DNA from: Candidatus Sericytochromatia bacterium
GTDB lineage: Bacteria; Cyanobacteriota; Sericytochromatia; S15B-MN24; UBA4093
Reading direction: 5' to 3'
NCBI GenBank assembly: GCA_036676985.1
Contig: JAKFBU010000006.1
Coordinates: 1 to 64,000 of the forward strand
DNA length: 64,000 bases
In this document: piece after piece, positions 40,174 to 49,883 of the stretch
How positions within the stretch are numbered: position 1 is the stretch's first letter
Layout: the number at the start of each line of letters is the position of its first letter
Position numbers and translations under genes: made by a program
The notes under the pieces: model-generated
What the model was told of the DNA's origin: nothing
Seen by the model: only the letters and a program-made list of their open reading frames with translations
Database searches by the model: none

Positions 40174-41694
40174 CTAGAACTTGGGGGGACCGGAGCTGGG
40201 CTCGGCGCCGCCCGCGGGGCCCTCGCCGCCCGTGTTGACCTCCGCGGTCGACTGCAGACGGGTCTGGATGCGCGGCGTCACGATCAGCACGATGTCCGTC
40301 TGCACCTCGTCCGTCGTCGTCCGCCGGAAGGCCGCCCCGAGCAACGGGATGTCGCCCAGGATGGGCACCTTCGACGTCGACTGCACCATCTGCGTCCGCT
40401 TCAGGCCGCCGATGACGATGCTCTCGTTGTCCCGCACCCGCATGGTCGTCTGGACGGTGCGCGTGTCCACCGGAGGCAGGTTGCCCGGCGCCGCCGTGCC
40501 CGCCACGCTGACCGTCGGGTTCAGCTCCAGCGTCACGAAGCCCGCCGTGTCCACCCGCGGCTTGATCTGCAGCGTCTGGTTGACGTCCACGAACTCCTGG
40601 CTCGTCACCACCACCCGGTCGTTGGACGTGACCTTGGTGTAGGGGATCTTGTTGGTGATGGTGATGGTGGCCTGCTGGTTGTCCTGCGCGACCACCTTCG
40701 GGTTCGCCATCACCTTCGCGAGGCCGTTCTGCACCAGGGCGTCGATGCGCGCGTTGAAGTTGGCCGTGAAGTTGCCCAGCGCGTTGTAGGAGAGCGCGAT
40801 GCCGCCCGCCCCCGTGCTCGGGTTGCCCGCCTGGTTGCCGGCGCCGCCCGCCGTGCCGTCCGGGTTCGGGTTGTTGAAGCCCGCGCCGAACTTGGCGCCG
40901 CCGAAGCCGTAGTTGACGCCGAGCTGGCGCGAGCCGGTCTCGGTGGTCTCCAGCATCTTCACTTCGATCTCGACCTGCGGGGTCGGCACGTCCAGGAGCG
41001 CCTTGAGGGCCCGCGCCCGGTCGATGAGCTCCTCGGGGGCCGTGACCAAGAGCGAGTTCGTGCGGTCGTCCTTGATGATCTTGATGTTGGGGTCCGACGT
41101 GGGCGAGCCCGCCGCCGCACCGCCGCCCGGAGCCGGGGTGCCGGCGGCCGGCGTGCCGCCGTTCGCCGACTGCGCGTCCGTCAGGGCCTGCTTGAAGATG
41201 GTCTCGACCTCGGTGACCTTGGCGTTGTCGAAGCGCAGCAAGATCGTCTGGGTGCCCGAGAAGCCCTTCTTGCGGAAGACCTCCTCGGTGGCGATGAGCA
41301 GCGTGGTGCCCATGCGTCGGGCGATGAGGTTCTTCATCTTCAGGACCAGGTTGAAGGCCTCGTCCAGGGGTACGGCCTTGAGCGCCAGCGACACGGAGCC
41401 CGTCACCGACTCGTCGATGATGAGGTTCATCCCGCCCTTCTTGCCCATCATCTCGAGGGTGGCCCGCACGTCGGCGTTGGCCATCGTCAGCGTGAGCAGG
41501 GTGGGGTTGCTGATGAGCTTGGGCCGGTCGGTCCCGATGGTCTTGTCGGTCACGGCGTTGAACCCGCCCGCAGGGGCGGTGGCGGCCACGGCCGGCAGCG
41601 CGGCCCCGAGCAGGACGCTCGCGGCGAGGAGGGGCGAGAGGGCCCGTCGGGCGGACCTGCTTGCCAGGGGCAAGCCGAGCATCGACTTTATCAT
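40174..41694 (-). CDS. pilQ: type IV pilus secretin PilQ (short, no AMIN domains evident)
   Basis: C-terminal part of ORF 40174..43380 from MIKSML; N0 domain, DDRTNSLLV, LDVPTPQVEIE, KVPILGDIPLLG.AF, IVTPRI. Confidence 0.9.
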   Translation of the reverse strand: MIKSMLGLPLASRSARRALSPLLAASVLLGAALPAVAATAPAGGFNAVTDKTIGTDRPKLISNPTLLTLTMANADVRATLEMMGKKGGMNLIIDESVTGSVSLALKAVPLDEAFNLVLKMKNLIARRMGTTLLIATEEVFRKKGFSGTQTILLRFDNAKVTEVETIFKQALTDAQSANGGTPAAGTPAPGGGAAAGSPTSDPNIKIIKDDRTNSLLVTAPEELIDRARALKALLDVPTPQVEIEVKMLETTETGSRQLGVNYGFGGAKFGAGFNNPNPDGTAGGAGNQAGNPSTGAGGIALSYNALGNFTANFNARIDALVQNGLAKVMANPKVVAQDNQQATITITNKIPYTKVTSNDRVVVTSQEFVDVNQTLQIKPRVDTAGFVTLELNPTVSVAGTAAPGNLPPVDTRTVQTTMRVRDNESIVIGGLKRTQMVQSTSKVPILGDIPLLGAAFRRTTTDEVQTDIVLIVTPRIQTRLQSTAEVNTGGEGPAGGAEPSSGPPKF

Positions 41695-42515
41695 TGAGCG
41701 TCCGCTCCTCCTATGGCTTTGGGGAACCGGCGGCCGTTGAGCATCAGCACGACCTTGTTGCTTTCGATCTTCACGACGCGTGCGCCGTCCTCGAGCACCT
41801 CGCCCAGCTTGGCCTCGCGGGTCGAGCCGTCGAGCTCGAGCAGGGCCATCTGCTCGCGGCCCGTGTTGAGGACGCCCGCGAGGTTCCACTTGGGGATGAC
41901 CAAGGGGCCGCGCGCCGGCTCGTCGCCGGCCTCGGGCGGGTCGATCACCACCTCGCGGTTGCCCTGGGCGTTGATCCGGGTCGCCACCTTCACCTTGGGC
42001 GTCGTGAGGGTCTTCTGGGGGATGACCTTCACGGGCCGGAACTCCGGGGCGATGGGCAGGGGCTGGATGAGCGTGGGATCCGGGTTGATGAGCGCCACGA
42101 AGGGGTCCTCGCGGCCCGAGTTCTCGCGCGCCATGCGCACCAGGTCCGCCTTGGTGGTCGCCTTGATGTGCTCGTTCTGGGCCGGGGCCACCGCGCCGAA
42201 CTCGGGGTTGTTCGCCACCGGGCCCGTGGGAGCGGCCGCCTGCGCGGGCTCGGCTCCCGGAGGCGCCGCCAGGGTGATCTTGGGCTGGGCGGCCGGCTGG
42301 GCCGCCGCCGCGGGCTTGGCCTTGGGTGCAGCGGGCTTGGACGATCTGCCCACCAGGCCGTCGACCACCAGCGCGGGATGCGGCGTGGCGCCGAGCGGCT
42401 CCGCGTTCACCGGCGACAAGGAGAGGTTCTGGGCGTACAGCAGGCTGCCCAGCCCCAGCGTCGTGAGCGCTGGGATGATCATCACTTGTTGGAAGGTGAT
42501 TCGGCGGGTCGTCAT
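41691..42515 (-). CDS. PilP-like protein
   Basis: Between pilO and pilQ; GREDPF motif and C-terminal L.GV....ALLE......K.GE.....V..I domain. Confidence 0.6.
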   Translation of the reverse strand: MTTRRITFQQVMIIPALTTLGLGSLLYAQNLSLSPVNAEPLGATPHPALVVDGLVGRSSKPAAPKAKPAAAAQPAAQPKITLAAPPGAEPAQAAAPTGPVANNPEFGAVAPAQNEHIKATTKADLVRMARENSGREDPFVALINPDPTLIQPLPIAPEFRPVKVIPQKTLTTPKVKVATRINAQGNREVVIDPPEAGDEPARGPLVIPKWNLAGVLNTGREQMALLELDGSTREAKLGEVLEDGARVVKIESNKVVLMLNGRRFPKAIGGADAQ

Positions 42516-42527
42516 CGGAGGGCCCTC

Positions 42528-43112
42528 TTATTGGTTGAGCGCATAGGTGGTCAGCGTGAAGTTCACCTGGAGCTCGTTGCCGAGTTTGCTGTCGCCGGAG
42601 GGGCTCAAGGTGGGGTTCTCGATGGTCAGCACGCGCTCGTAGCGGCTGAGCATGTCGAACAAGAGGATGACGGAGGGGTAGCTGCCCTTGGCCTGGATGT
42701 CGATGCTGATCTTGCCCAGGTCCTTGAGGGAGGCCTGGGTCAGCATCGTGAACTCCTTGGGCTGGAAGCTGAGGAGCTGGTTGTGCGAGTCGGTGAAGAT
42801 CTTCTGCAGGTCCACGAGCAGGATCGAGAGGATCTGCCCCCGTGGGGGAAAGCGGCTGCGCAGGGTGCCGAGGTTCTGCTGGACGCGGGCTAGGCGCTCG
42901 CGGGCCTGGGGCTCGGTCAAGGTCTGGCGGCGCGCCTGCTCCTGGGCCGCCTTGGTCTCGTCGAGCTGGCCGCGCAGCGCCATCCACTCCTGGATCTTGG
43001 GCAGGTCGTTCTGCATGAACAGCGCCAGGCCCATCGCGACGGCCAGGCCGATGACCCCGAGCTTCATCTGCTCGGGCGTGATGGTGCGGCCGAAGAGCTG
43101 AATGTTCTCCAT
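42528..43112 (-). CDS. pilO: type IV pilus alignment protein PilO
   Basis: TM plus coiled coil, GSY..V..LF..L..YERVLTI; operon position. Confidence 0.82.
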   Translation of the reverse strand: MENIQLFGRTITPEQMKLGVIGLAVAMGLALFMQNDLPKIQEWMALRGQLDETKAAQEQARRQTLTEPQARERLARVQQNLGTLRSRFPPRGQILSILLVDLQKIFTDSHNQLLSFQPKEFTMLTQASLKDLGKISIDIQAKGSYPSVILLFDMLSRYERVLTIENPTLSPSGDSKLGNELQVNFTLTTYALNQ

Positions 43113-43697
43113 TTAGCCTCCGACCGGGTTCGCGGACAGATCGCAGTCGACCGTGAAGCGGATCACGGTCTGGGGCCCCATGGTCTCCGACTGGAGGCCG
43201 CCGAGCACCGGGTGGTTGAAGTTCCCGGCGTTCTGGAGGTTGGTGTAGAAGAAGGCGATGGAGCGGTAGTCGAGGGCCGTGCCCTCGAGCTTGAGCTTGG
43301 AGCCGCCCTCGATGGCCAGGCGCGTCAGCCACATGTCGGTGGGCGTGAGGTCGCGGACCTCCTCGAGCACCGTCTTCCACGCGCCCGTCTGCTTGGCGAG
43401 CGTGAGCAGCGTGTTGTAGTCCCCTTCCAGGGCCTCGGCCTGCTTCTGGATGGACTCGATTTCCTTGCTCTTGGCCCGGCTCTGCGTCGTGCTCTGCTGG
43501 AGCTGCTGGATCTCGGCGTTGGTCGGGGCGATGAAGAAGTTGTCCAGCACCATGGCGATGAGGGTCGGCAGCAGGAAGGCCCCCGCGAGCCCGCCGACCG
43601 CTGCGATCAACAGACCGGGGTCGATGTCGAGCTCAGGGGCCAGGGCCAGCTTGGAGGCGGGGCGATCGCCGATCAGGTTGATGTTGATCGTCTTCAT
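43113..43697 (-). CDS. pilN: type IV pilus alignment protein PilN
   Basis: N-terminal ININL motif, TM, PTDMWLT, LEGTA. Confidence 0.85.
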   Translation of the reverse strand: MKTININLIGDRPASKLALAPELDIDPGLLIAAVGGLAGAFLLPTLIAMVLDNFFIAPTNAEIQQLQQSTTQSRAKSKEIESIQKQAEALEGDYNTLLTLAKQTGAWKTVLEEVRDLTPTDMWLTRLAIEGGSKLKLEGTALDYRSIAFFYTNLQNAGNFNHPVLGGLQSETMGPQTVIRFTVDCDLSANPVGG

Positions 43698-44809
43698 ACG
43701 CCCGTGGCACCTCGCATGGCGAGCCCGATCGCCGCGGCCAGGGTGGGCGCCTGGGGATACAGCAGCTCGGGGTCGAAGGCCCCCTCGTCGATCTCGATCT
43801 TGGCGAACGGATTGACGAGCTGGACCTGGAGGCCGAGCCGCGTGGTCAAGAAGCGGTCCAGGTTCCTGAGGTTGCCGCCGCGGCCGCTGATGAGCACGTG
43901 CGTGATGGGCTCGGTCCCCTGGGACAGGTAGAAGTCCAACGAGCGGCCGATCTCACCGGTCAGCTCGGCCAAGGCCGGGCGGATGATCTCGGTGGCCTGC
44001 TCGATCTGGGGCGAGACGGGGTCGTAGCTCTGGGGATCCACGTCGATCTCGTCGAGGACCGAGCGGGCGGTCTCCTCGTCGAGGCCCAGCGAGTTGATGA
44101 TGGAGTCCAGGAAGTACGAGTAGCCGATGGGGATCGAGCGGGTGAAGCGGGGCACGCCGTTCACCAGGATGTTGATGTCGGTGGTCCAGCCCTGGATGTG
44201 CACCAGCGCCACGCTCTGCTCGTCGGCGAGCTGCTCGGTGTCGGCGATGGCGCGCATGACCGCAAAGGAGGCCACGTCCACGCACGTCAGGTCCAGGCCC
44301 GCCTCGGCGGTGGCCTGCTGGAAGGAGTTGACCAGGTTCTTCTGGGCGGCCACCAGGATGACCTCCTGCTTGGCCACGCCGTCCTCCTCGACCTCGTTGA
44401 TCACCTGGAAGGAGAGGTTGACGTCCTCGATGGCGAACGGGATGTAGCGCTCGGCCTCGAACTCGATGACCTCGCGCAGCTCGTTCTCGGGCATCATCGG
44501 GAAGCGCACCGGGCGCACGATGGTGCTCTGCCCGGCCACGGCCGTCACGGCACTCTTGGCCTGGATGCCGTTCTCCTCGAGCAGTTCGGCGATCACCTCG
44601 GCGACGGCCGAGGGGTCCATGATCTCGCCGTCCTGGACGGCGTTGAGGGGGGTGCTCGCCACGGCGATGTTCTCGAGCTGGAGCTGGTTGCGGTGCTTCT
44701 TGAGCTCGACCACGACGATCGTGTCGGACGTGATGTCCAACCCGATGCGCGAGCCCTTCTTCAGGCCGCCCGTCAAGCTCTCGATGAGGCTCTTGAAGTC
44801 CATGGCCAT
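43694..44809 (-). CDS. pilM: type IV pilus assembly protein PilM
   Basis: IGLDI, EAERYIPF, EIGRSLDFY, AAAIGLAMRG. Confidence 0.92.
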   Translation of the reverse strand: MAMDFKSLIESLTGGLKKGSRIGLDITSDTIVVVELKKHRNQLQLENIAVASTPLNAVQDGEIMDPSAVAEVIAELLEENGIQAKSAVTAVAGQSTIVRPVRFPMMPENELREVIEFEAERYIPFAIEDVNLSFQVINEVEEDGVAKQEVILVAAQKNLVNSFQQATAEAGLDLTCVDVASFAVMRAIADTEQLADEQSVALVHIQGWTTDINILVNGVPRFTRSIPIGYSYFLDSIINSLGLDEETARSVLDEIDVDPQSYDPVSPQIEQATEIIRPALAELTGEIGRSLDFYLSQGTEPITHVLISGRGGNLRNLDRFLTTRLGLQVQLVNPFAKIEIDEGAFDPELLYPQAPTLAAAIGLAMRGATGV

Positions 44810-44815
44810 CTCCCG

Positions 44816-45607
44816 CTAACCCAAGATCAACCCGACGTACCAGTTCCACAGCGCCGTGCCGGTGAACAGGCTCGCGAGCGTTCCCACCACGAGGCTGGGA
44901 CCGAACGGAAAGGGCTGGCTCTCCCCCTTGGCGCGGGCCTTGAGGGCAAGCCCCACCACCGATCCCGTGGTGAAGGCGATCATGAGGGCCACGGCGAGCC
45001 CCGAGGGCCCGAGCCATGCGCCCATCAGGGCGGCGAGCTTGGCGTCCCCGCGGCCCATGCCGGGCACGCCCAGGGCCAACTCGCTCGCCCACTCGATGAA
45101 GCGGAAGAAGGCGTAGCCGCCCACCGCGGCGGCGACGTGCGGCAGCCAGGCGCCGGCGATGAGCCACCCGAAGACGAGCCCGAGGGCGATGCCCGGCCAG
45201 GTCATCACGTCCAGGATGAGCATGGTGTCGATGTCGATCCAGAAGATGGCGACCAGGGCCGAGACCAGGAGCGCCTCGGCGAAGAAGCGCGGCGTGGGGC
45301 CCTCGCGCAGCATGAGGCCCAGCCACAGGAGGCCCGTCGTGAGCTCGACGACCGGGTAGCGCCAGGAGATGGGCTCCTGGCACGTGCGGCACTTGCCCCT
45401 GAGGGCCAGCCAGCTCAGGATGGGCAGGTTCTCGTACCAGTGGAGGGCCGTGGAGCAGTGCGGGCAGCGGGATCCCGGCCAGACGATCGACTCTTCACGG
45501 GGCAACCGGTAGATCACCACGTTGAGGAAGCTTCCGATCAAACACCCAAACACCAAGGCGACGCTCGCGAGGAACGCCGCTGGCAGCTGAGTTTCAACCA
45601 TCGTCAT
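44816..45607 (-). CDS. pilD: prepilin peptidase PilD
   Basis: GSFLNVVIYRLP, CPHC/CRTC, GMGRGDAKL, PFGPSL. Confidence 0.93.
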   Translation of the reverse strand: MTMVETQLPAAFLASVALVFGCLIGSFLNVVIYRLPREESIVWPGSRCPHCSTALHWYENLPILSWLALRGKCRTCQEPISWRYPVVELTTGLLWLGLMLREGPTPRFFAEALLVSALVAIFWIDIDTMLILDVMTWPGIALGLVFGWLIAGAWLPHVAAAVGGYAFFRFIEWASELALGVPGMGRGDAKLAALMGAWLGPSGLAVALMIAFTTGSVVGLALKARAKGESQPFPFGPSLVVGTLASLFTGTALWNWYVGLILG

Positions 45608-45766
45608 CTAGGTGCGCTTCCTTTGGTCGGCCCCAGAGGGGTCAAACACCCCCTGTGGGGCGTCCTGAAACGATTCTACCCACTCGCATGGTGAACCTAT
45701 CACCCGAGGGTTGGACCATCATAGGCCCACCGCAGGCGGTCAAGCGGTGAGCGGCGCACATTTATG

Positions 45767-46426
45767 TCATTCCTGGATGGTGATCCCCAGGTCCTTGAGG
45801 GCGCGCCGGGCCATGCCCCGCACCCGGAGGTCGCCCTGCTCGTAGATCCGCTGCCAGGTGGCGATGGCCAGATCCTGCTTGTTGCCGCGAGCGTAGAGGC
45901 TCGCGGCCATGCGGCTGGCGCCGGGCGGGCAGTCGGGCAGGGCGGCGGCGGCCTCGAAGTGCTTGGCCGCGGCCAGGTAATCCTTGGCGTAGAGGAACTC
46001 GATGAAGCCGAGCTGGTAGGGGTACAGCCAGTTCCCGGGGTGGCGCTCCCAGCCCTTCTCCACCAGGCGGATCGCCTCGGGGATCCGTCGGGCGTCGGCG
46101 AGCATCCACGATCCGAATGTCGAAAGCTCGTGGAAGCGCGGATCGAAGTCGCTCGCGAGATCCAGGGCCTCGTAGAGCCCCCGGAAGTCCTGGGCCTCCG
46201 TGCTGTCGGTCGCGATCTGCTCGCCGTTGTGCACCAGGCTCTGGATCCAGAGCATGTCGGCGGCGAGGTTCTCGAAGTCCGTGACGAGCAGCTTCGCGGC
46301 TACCGGGTGAGGGACCACCAGCCGGGTGGGGTGGGCGGCCTGCAGGGTCGCGAGCTGGCCCAGGCAGAGGGCCTGGAGGCCCCAGAAGACCCCCGCGATC
46401 GCGAGCGCCAGGAGGATCTTGCGCAT
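45767..46426 (-). CDS. TPR-like pilus-associated protein (PilG/XapA-like position)
   Basis: ADMLWIQ, DPRF, W.YPYQLGF...Y..AA..F motifs; in an operon with the ABC genes. Confidence 0.65.
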   Translation of the reverse strand: MRKILLALAIAGVFWGLQALCLGQLATLQAAHPTRLVVPHPVAAKLLVTDFENLAADMLWIQSLVHNGEQIATDSTEAQDFRGLYEALDLASDFDPRFHELSTFGSWMLADARRIPEAIRLVEKGWERHPGNWLYPYQLGFIEFLYAKDYLAAAKHFEAAAALPDCPPGASRMAASLYARGNKQDLAIATWQRIYEQGDLRVRGMARRALKDLGITIQE

Positions 46427-46430
46427 GGCG

Positions 46431-47189
46431 CTAGAACTCCCGCCGCTCGAAGATGGCGGCGGCCGTCGCCAAGAGGGCGAACGTGTAGGCCAGTCCGTAG
46501 GCGATCGCCCAGATCCACTTGAGGGCGGGGATCGCCTCGCCGTAGACCACCTGGTTCTTGGCGTCGAAGGTGCTGAGGTTCGGCAGCAGGTAGTAGAGCG
46601 TCTCCACCACGCCCTTGACCGCGGGGCTCGCCTTGGCGCCCAGTGCCCTCAGGGCCTCGGTGTTGTGCCCGATGAGGTAGAGGCTGAAGGTGAGGACCAT
46701 GCCGAGGATCGGCGAGGTGAAGCTCGAGAAGAAGACCGTGAGGGCCACCACGACCATGAGCTGGAGCCCGATGAGGCCGATGGCGCCGATGAGCGCCGGG
46801 GAGAAGCCGCCCTTGAGGGCCGCGAGGCCCAGGTAGCCCGCCCCCATGAGGGCCAGGAGGATCCAGAGCGTGAGGCCGAGGCCGAGGAACTTGCCCAGGA
46901 GGAAGACGGGGCGCGGCACGGGCTTGGTGAGCACCACGTAGACCGTGCGCTTGTCGACCTCCTTGTAGATCATGCTGGTGCCGACAAAGACGGCGATCGC
47001 CACCCCGAAGAGCTCGATGGCGCCCAGCCCCAGGTCGAGCACGATCTTCTGGTCCTGCCCGATGGTGAGCGTCCCGAACAGCAGGCTCGAGGCGATCATG
47101 ACCAGGGCGAAGACCAAGAGGACGTAGAGGATGCGATCGCGGATGGTCTCGCGGAAGGTGTTGTGGGCGAGGTCCCAGAGGCGCGTCAT
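46431..47189 (-). CDS. ABC transporter permease (PilI/XapB-like)
   Basis: NTFRETIRDR, EVDKRTVY..LTKPV.R..FLLGKFLG, C-terminal FERREF. Confidence 0.85.
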   Translation of the reverse strand: MTRLWDLAHNTFRETIRDRILYVLLVFALVMIASSLLFGTLTIGQDQKIVLDLGLGAIELFGVAIAVFVGTSMIYKEVDKRTVYVVLTKPVPRPVFLLGKFLGLGLTLWILLALMGAGYLGLAALKGGFSPALIGAIGLIGLQLMVVVALTVFFSSFTSPILGMVLTFSLYLIGHNTEALRALGAKASPAVKGVVETLYYLLPNLSTFDAKNQVVYGEAIPALKWIWAIAYGLAYTFALLATAAAIFERREF

Positions 47190-47926
47190 GCGTGCGCGCC
47201 TCCGACCAGCCGGATGAAGGCCTCTTCCAGGCTGCCCGTGCCCGCGACGTCCTGGATCCGGCCCGCGCCCACGAGCTTGCCCTGGGCCAGGATGCCGACG
47301 CGATCGCACAGGAGCTCCACGTCCGAGAGGATGTGGGTGTTGAAGAAGATGGTCTTGCCCTCGCGCTTGAGGTCCAGGATGAGCTCGCGCAGCTGGTGGC
47401 GGCCCACGGGATCCAGGCCGCTCATGGGCTCGTCCAGAAAGACGATCTCGGGATCGTTGACGAGCGCCTGGGCCACGCCGACCCGCTGCAGCATGCCCTT
47501 GGAGTACTTGCGCAGCTGGGTGTTGGCGGCATGGCTCATGCCGACGCGTTCCAGGTTCTTGGCGACGCGCTCCTGCAGCTCCTTGCCGCCGAGCCCGAAG
47601 AGGCCCCCGCAGAACTCGAGGAACTCCTTGCCCGTCAGGTAGGTGTAGAAGTAGGGGTTTTCCGGCAGGTAGCCGATCCGGGCGCGGGTCTTGGTGTCGT
47701 CCGGCGTGGAGCCGAGGACGAGTGCGGTGCCGGAGGTGGGACGGATGAGGCCGAGCAAGATTTTCTGAAGCGTGGTCTTGCCCGCGCCGTTGGGGCCCAG
47801 GAGGCCAAACGTCTCACCCTCCGAGACCTGGAGGGTCGCCCCTTCGAGGGCCACCTTGGCAGGCTGACCGACTTGCGGGGGGTAGACCTTGCCGAGGTTC
47901 TGGATGTCGACGACGATCCGGCTCAT
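47186..47926 (-). CDS. ABC transporter ATP-binding protein (PilH/XapD-like)
   Basis: GPNGAGKTT, YSKGMLQR, LDEPMSGLDP. Confidence 0.9.
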   Translation of the reverse strand: MSRIVVDIQNLGKVYPPQVGQPAKVALEGATLQVSEGETFGLLGPNGAGKTTLQKILLGLIRPTSGTALVLGSTPDDTKTRARIGYLPENPYFYTYLTGKEFLEFCGGLFGLGGKELQERVAKNLERVGMSHAANTQLRKYSKGMLQRVGVAQALVNDPEIVFLDEPMSGLDPVGRHQLRELILDLKREGKTIFFNTHILSDVELLCDRVGILAQGKLVGAGRIQDVAGTGSLEEAFIRLVGGAHA

Positions 47927-48072
47927 GGTGATCTCCTTGGGGATGGGCGGTGATTCCAGCCCGTTGTATACCCCCGTGGAGCCGCCCGTAACGTGGGCGC
48001 AGCCTTAGAGCACCTGCCCGAGCCGGGCATGTGCGGGCGTCGGCCGCGCGCGGGCGGCTGCTGGGTGGCGCG

Positions 48073-48618
48073 CTAGTGGTTCTTGACGTAGATGACCGTG
48101 ACGGCGTTGTCGCCCCGCTTCCCGGTGCCCATCAGCTCGTAGAGCTCGTTGGCCGTGGAAGTGGTCGGCTGCCGGTAGCTGATGGCCCCGAAGTGGTCCA
48201 CGGCCGTCGGGGTGACCATCTGGCCGGCCGCCAGCGCGACGGCGCCGGTGAGCGGGTTGCGGTTCTGCTGCGGGGCGGCGTTGGCGTCGGGGATGGCGAT
48301 GTTCGCCGTCACGGCCTGCGTCACGGCCGTCCCCCACGGCGAGGTCGGATAGAAGGGCTGGTACAGGGACCCGTTCGCGACGACCGCCGGGTTGAGGCCC
48401 GCCGCGGTGGTCGGGTACCGTCCCGCCTGGTCGATGGAATAGCGCTCGAGCGCAACCTGCACGACGTGGACGTTGGCCTGGACCGCCGAGTTGCGGGCCT
48501 TGTCTCTTGCGCCTGCGAAGTTGGGGATGGCGATGGCGGCCAGGATCCCCATCACGACGACCACGACCAGCAACTCGATGAGGGTGAAGCCTTGTTCACC
48601 GACGTTCCGTTTGGTCAT
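48073..48618 (-). CDS. type IV pilin (paralogue C)
   Basis: Class III leader G/FTLIELLVVVVVMGILAAIAIPNF. Confidence 0.9.
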   Translation of the reverse strand: MTKRNVGEQGFTLIELLVVVVVMGILAAIAIPNFAGARDKARNSAVQANVHVVQVALERYSIDQAGRYPTTAAGLNPAVVANGSLYQPFYPTSPWGTAVTQAVTANIAIPDANAAPQQNRNPLTGAVALAAGQMVTPTAVDHFGAISYRQPTTSTANELYELMGTGKRGDNAVTVIYVKNH

Positions 48619-48630
48619 GCCTGCTCTTCC

Positions 48631-48669
48631 TAAAAAAGGCGCCGCAGGGAGGGAGGCCCCCCCTGCGGC
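48631..48669 (-). terminator. intrinsic terminator between pilins B and C
   Basis: GCCGCAGGG...CCCTGCGGC stem with a T-tract on the minus strand. Confidence 0.65.
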
Positions 48670-48681
48670 TGGGTGCCTGAA

Positions 48682-49221
48682 TTAGTAGTTCTTGACGTAG
48701 ATGACCTTGACGGCGTTGTTGCCCTGCTTGCCGGTGCCCATGAGCTCGTACTTCTCGTTGGCGTTGCCGCTGCGGCGGTAGCTGATGGCGCCGAAGTCGG
48801 TGATGGCCGCGCAGGCGGTACCCGAGCCGGCGGCGAGGGTGGCATCGCCGTCCGCGGGGTCGAGGTTGCCCGTGCCGCCGAGCTCGGCATCGGTCGCGGC
48901 AGCCGGAATGGCGATGTCGGCCGCGATGCCCTGCTGGGTGTTCCAGGGGGTGCGGGGGTAGGCGGCGAGGTAGGACGTGTTGCCGACGACGGCCGCAGCG
49001 CCCGACATGGCGGCGGGGAAGACGCTGGCGTTGTCGACCGCGTACTGCTCGACGGCCATCTGGACGTTGTGGGCGTTCGACTGGACGCCCGAGTTCTTCG
49101 CCTTGTCCTGGGCGCCCATGAAGTTGGGGACGGCGACCGAGGCCAGGATGCCGATGATGACGACGACTACCAGCAGCTCGATGAGCGTGAAGCCGTCCTG
49201 CTTGGAAGGTTTGCGGATCAT
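48682..49221 (-). CDS. type IV pilin (paralogue B)
   Basis: G/FTLIELLVVVVIIGILASVAVPNF. Confidence 0.92.
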   Translation of the reverse strand: MIRKPSKQDGFTLIELLVVVVIIGILASVAVPNFMGAQDKAKNSGVQSNAHNVQMAVEQYAVDNASVFPAAMSGAAAVVGNTSYLAAYPRTPWNTQQGIAADIAIPAAATDAELGGTGNLDPADGDATLAAGSGTACAAITDFGAISYRRSGNANEKYELMGTGKQGNNAVKVIYVKNY

Positions 49222-49291
49222 AATGTCCTCCGATGGAAGGGAAGGGAGTGTGAGGAGCCGGGCCTCGAGGTCCCGGGCGACCTACCTATGC

Positions 49292-49317
49292 CTTCCCGCT
49301 TGCTAGTCGGTTTAAAC
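49292..49317 (-). promoter_or_regulatory. SigB/SigF-like promoter candidate for pilin B
   Basis: GTTTAA-N14-GGGAAG; same arrangement upstream of pilin A. Confidence 0.6.
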
Positions 49318-49549
49318 GGTGCGCGGAAAAAATTTTTTCCCCGGCGCCCCCGGCCGGTCATCGGGCCCCGGAAAAGCGGGTCCTGGGGGGCTTTCGGTCG
49401 GATCCTAATCGTTTGCCAATCTTTCCTTAAAAAAGATCGATCGGGTGGTTCAGATTTCGTTACTTGCTTGCTATAATGGAGATCGGTAGCCCGTTCTGGG
49501 AGCCGCCTTGACAACCTACCCGCCCCGATCCCGAAAGGAAGGCCTTGCA

Positions 49550-49780
49550 ATGACGCATGTTTCCTCCCTGAGCGTCCACGGCGTGACGTTCGATCCCGTT
49601 TGCGGGGCCACGCTCGATCTGAGCGAGGCCGTCGGTCCGGTCATCTACCATGGCCAGCGCTTCCACTTTTGCTCCCACCGTTGCCAGACCCACTTCTTCG
49701 TGAACCCGCCCAAGGATCTGCAGCGCGAGCACCGGGTGAAGATCGCCATGATGCGCACCCCCGCCGTGGCCTTCGCCTAA
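49550..49780 (+). CDS. YHS-domain small protein
   Basis: DPVCG.....Y.G..FHFCS..C...F..NP; followed by a hairpin and T-tract at ~49797-49829. Confidence 0.8.
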   Translation: MTHVSSLSVHGVTFDPVCGATLDLSEAVGPVIYHGQRFHFCSHRCQTHFFVNPPKDLQREHRVKIAMMRTPAVAFA

Positions 49781-49883
49781 GCCTTCGATCCCGTCGACCG
49801 CGTCCCCTTTTGGGGGCGCGGTTTTTTCTTGCCATGCAAAAGGCCGGGGGACGGATTCGTCCCCCGGCCGAGCCGATCGAGGC

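Noticed and set aside
40174-43380. 1068-aa ORF as a giant secretin (similarly the 2686..5388 and 53676..54953 extensions)
   Set aside because: The N-terminal parts are out-of-frame read-through of upstream genes; real starts are at 41694, 4909 and 54354.
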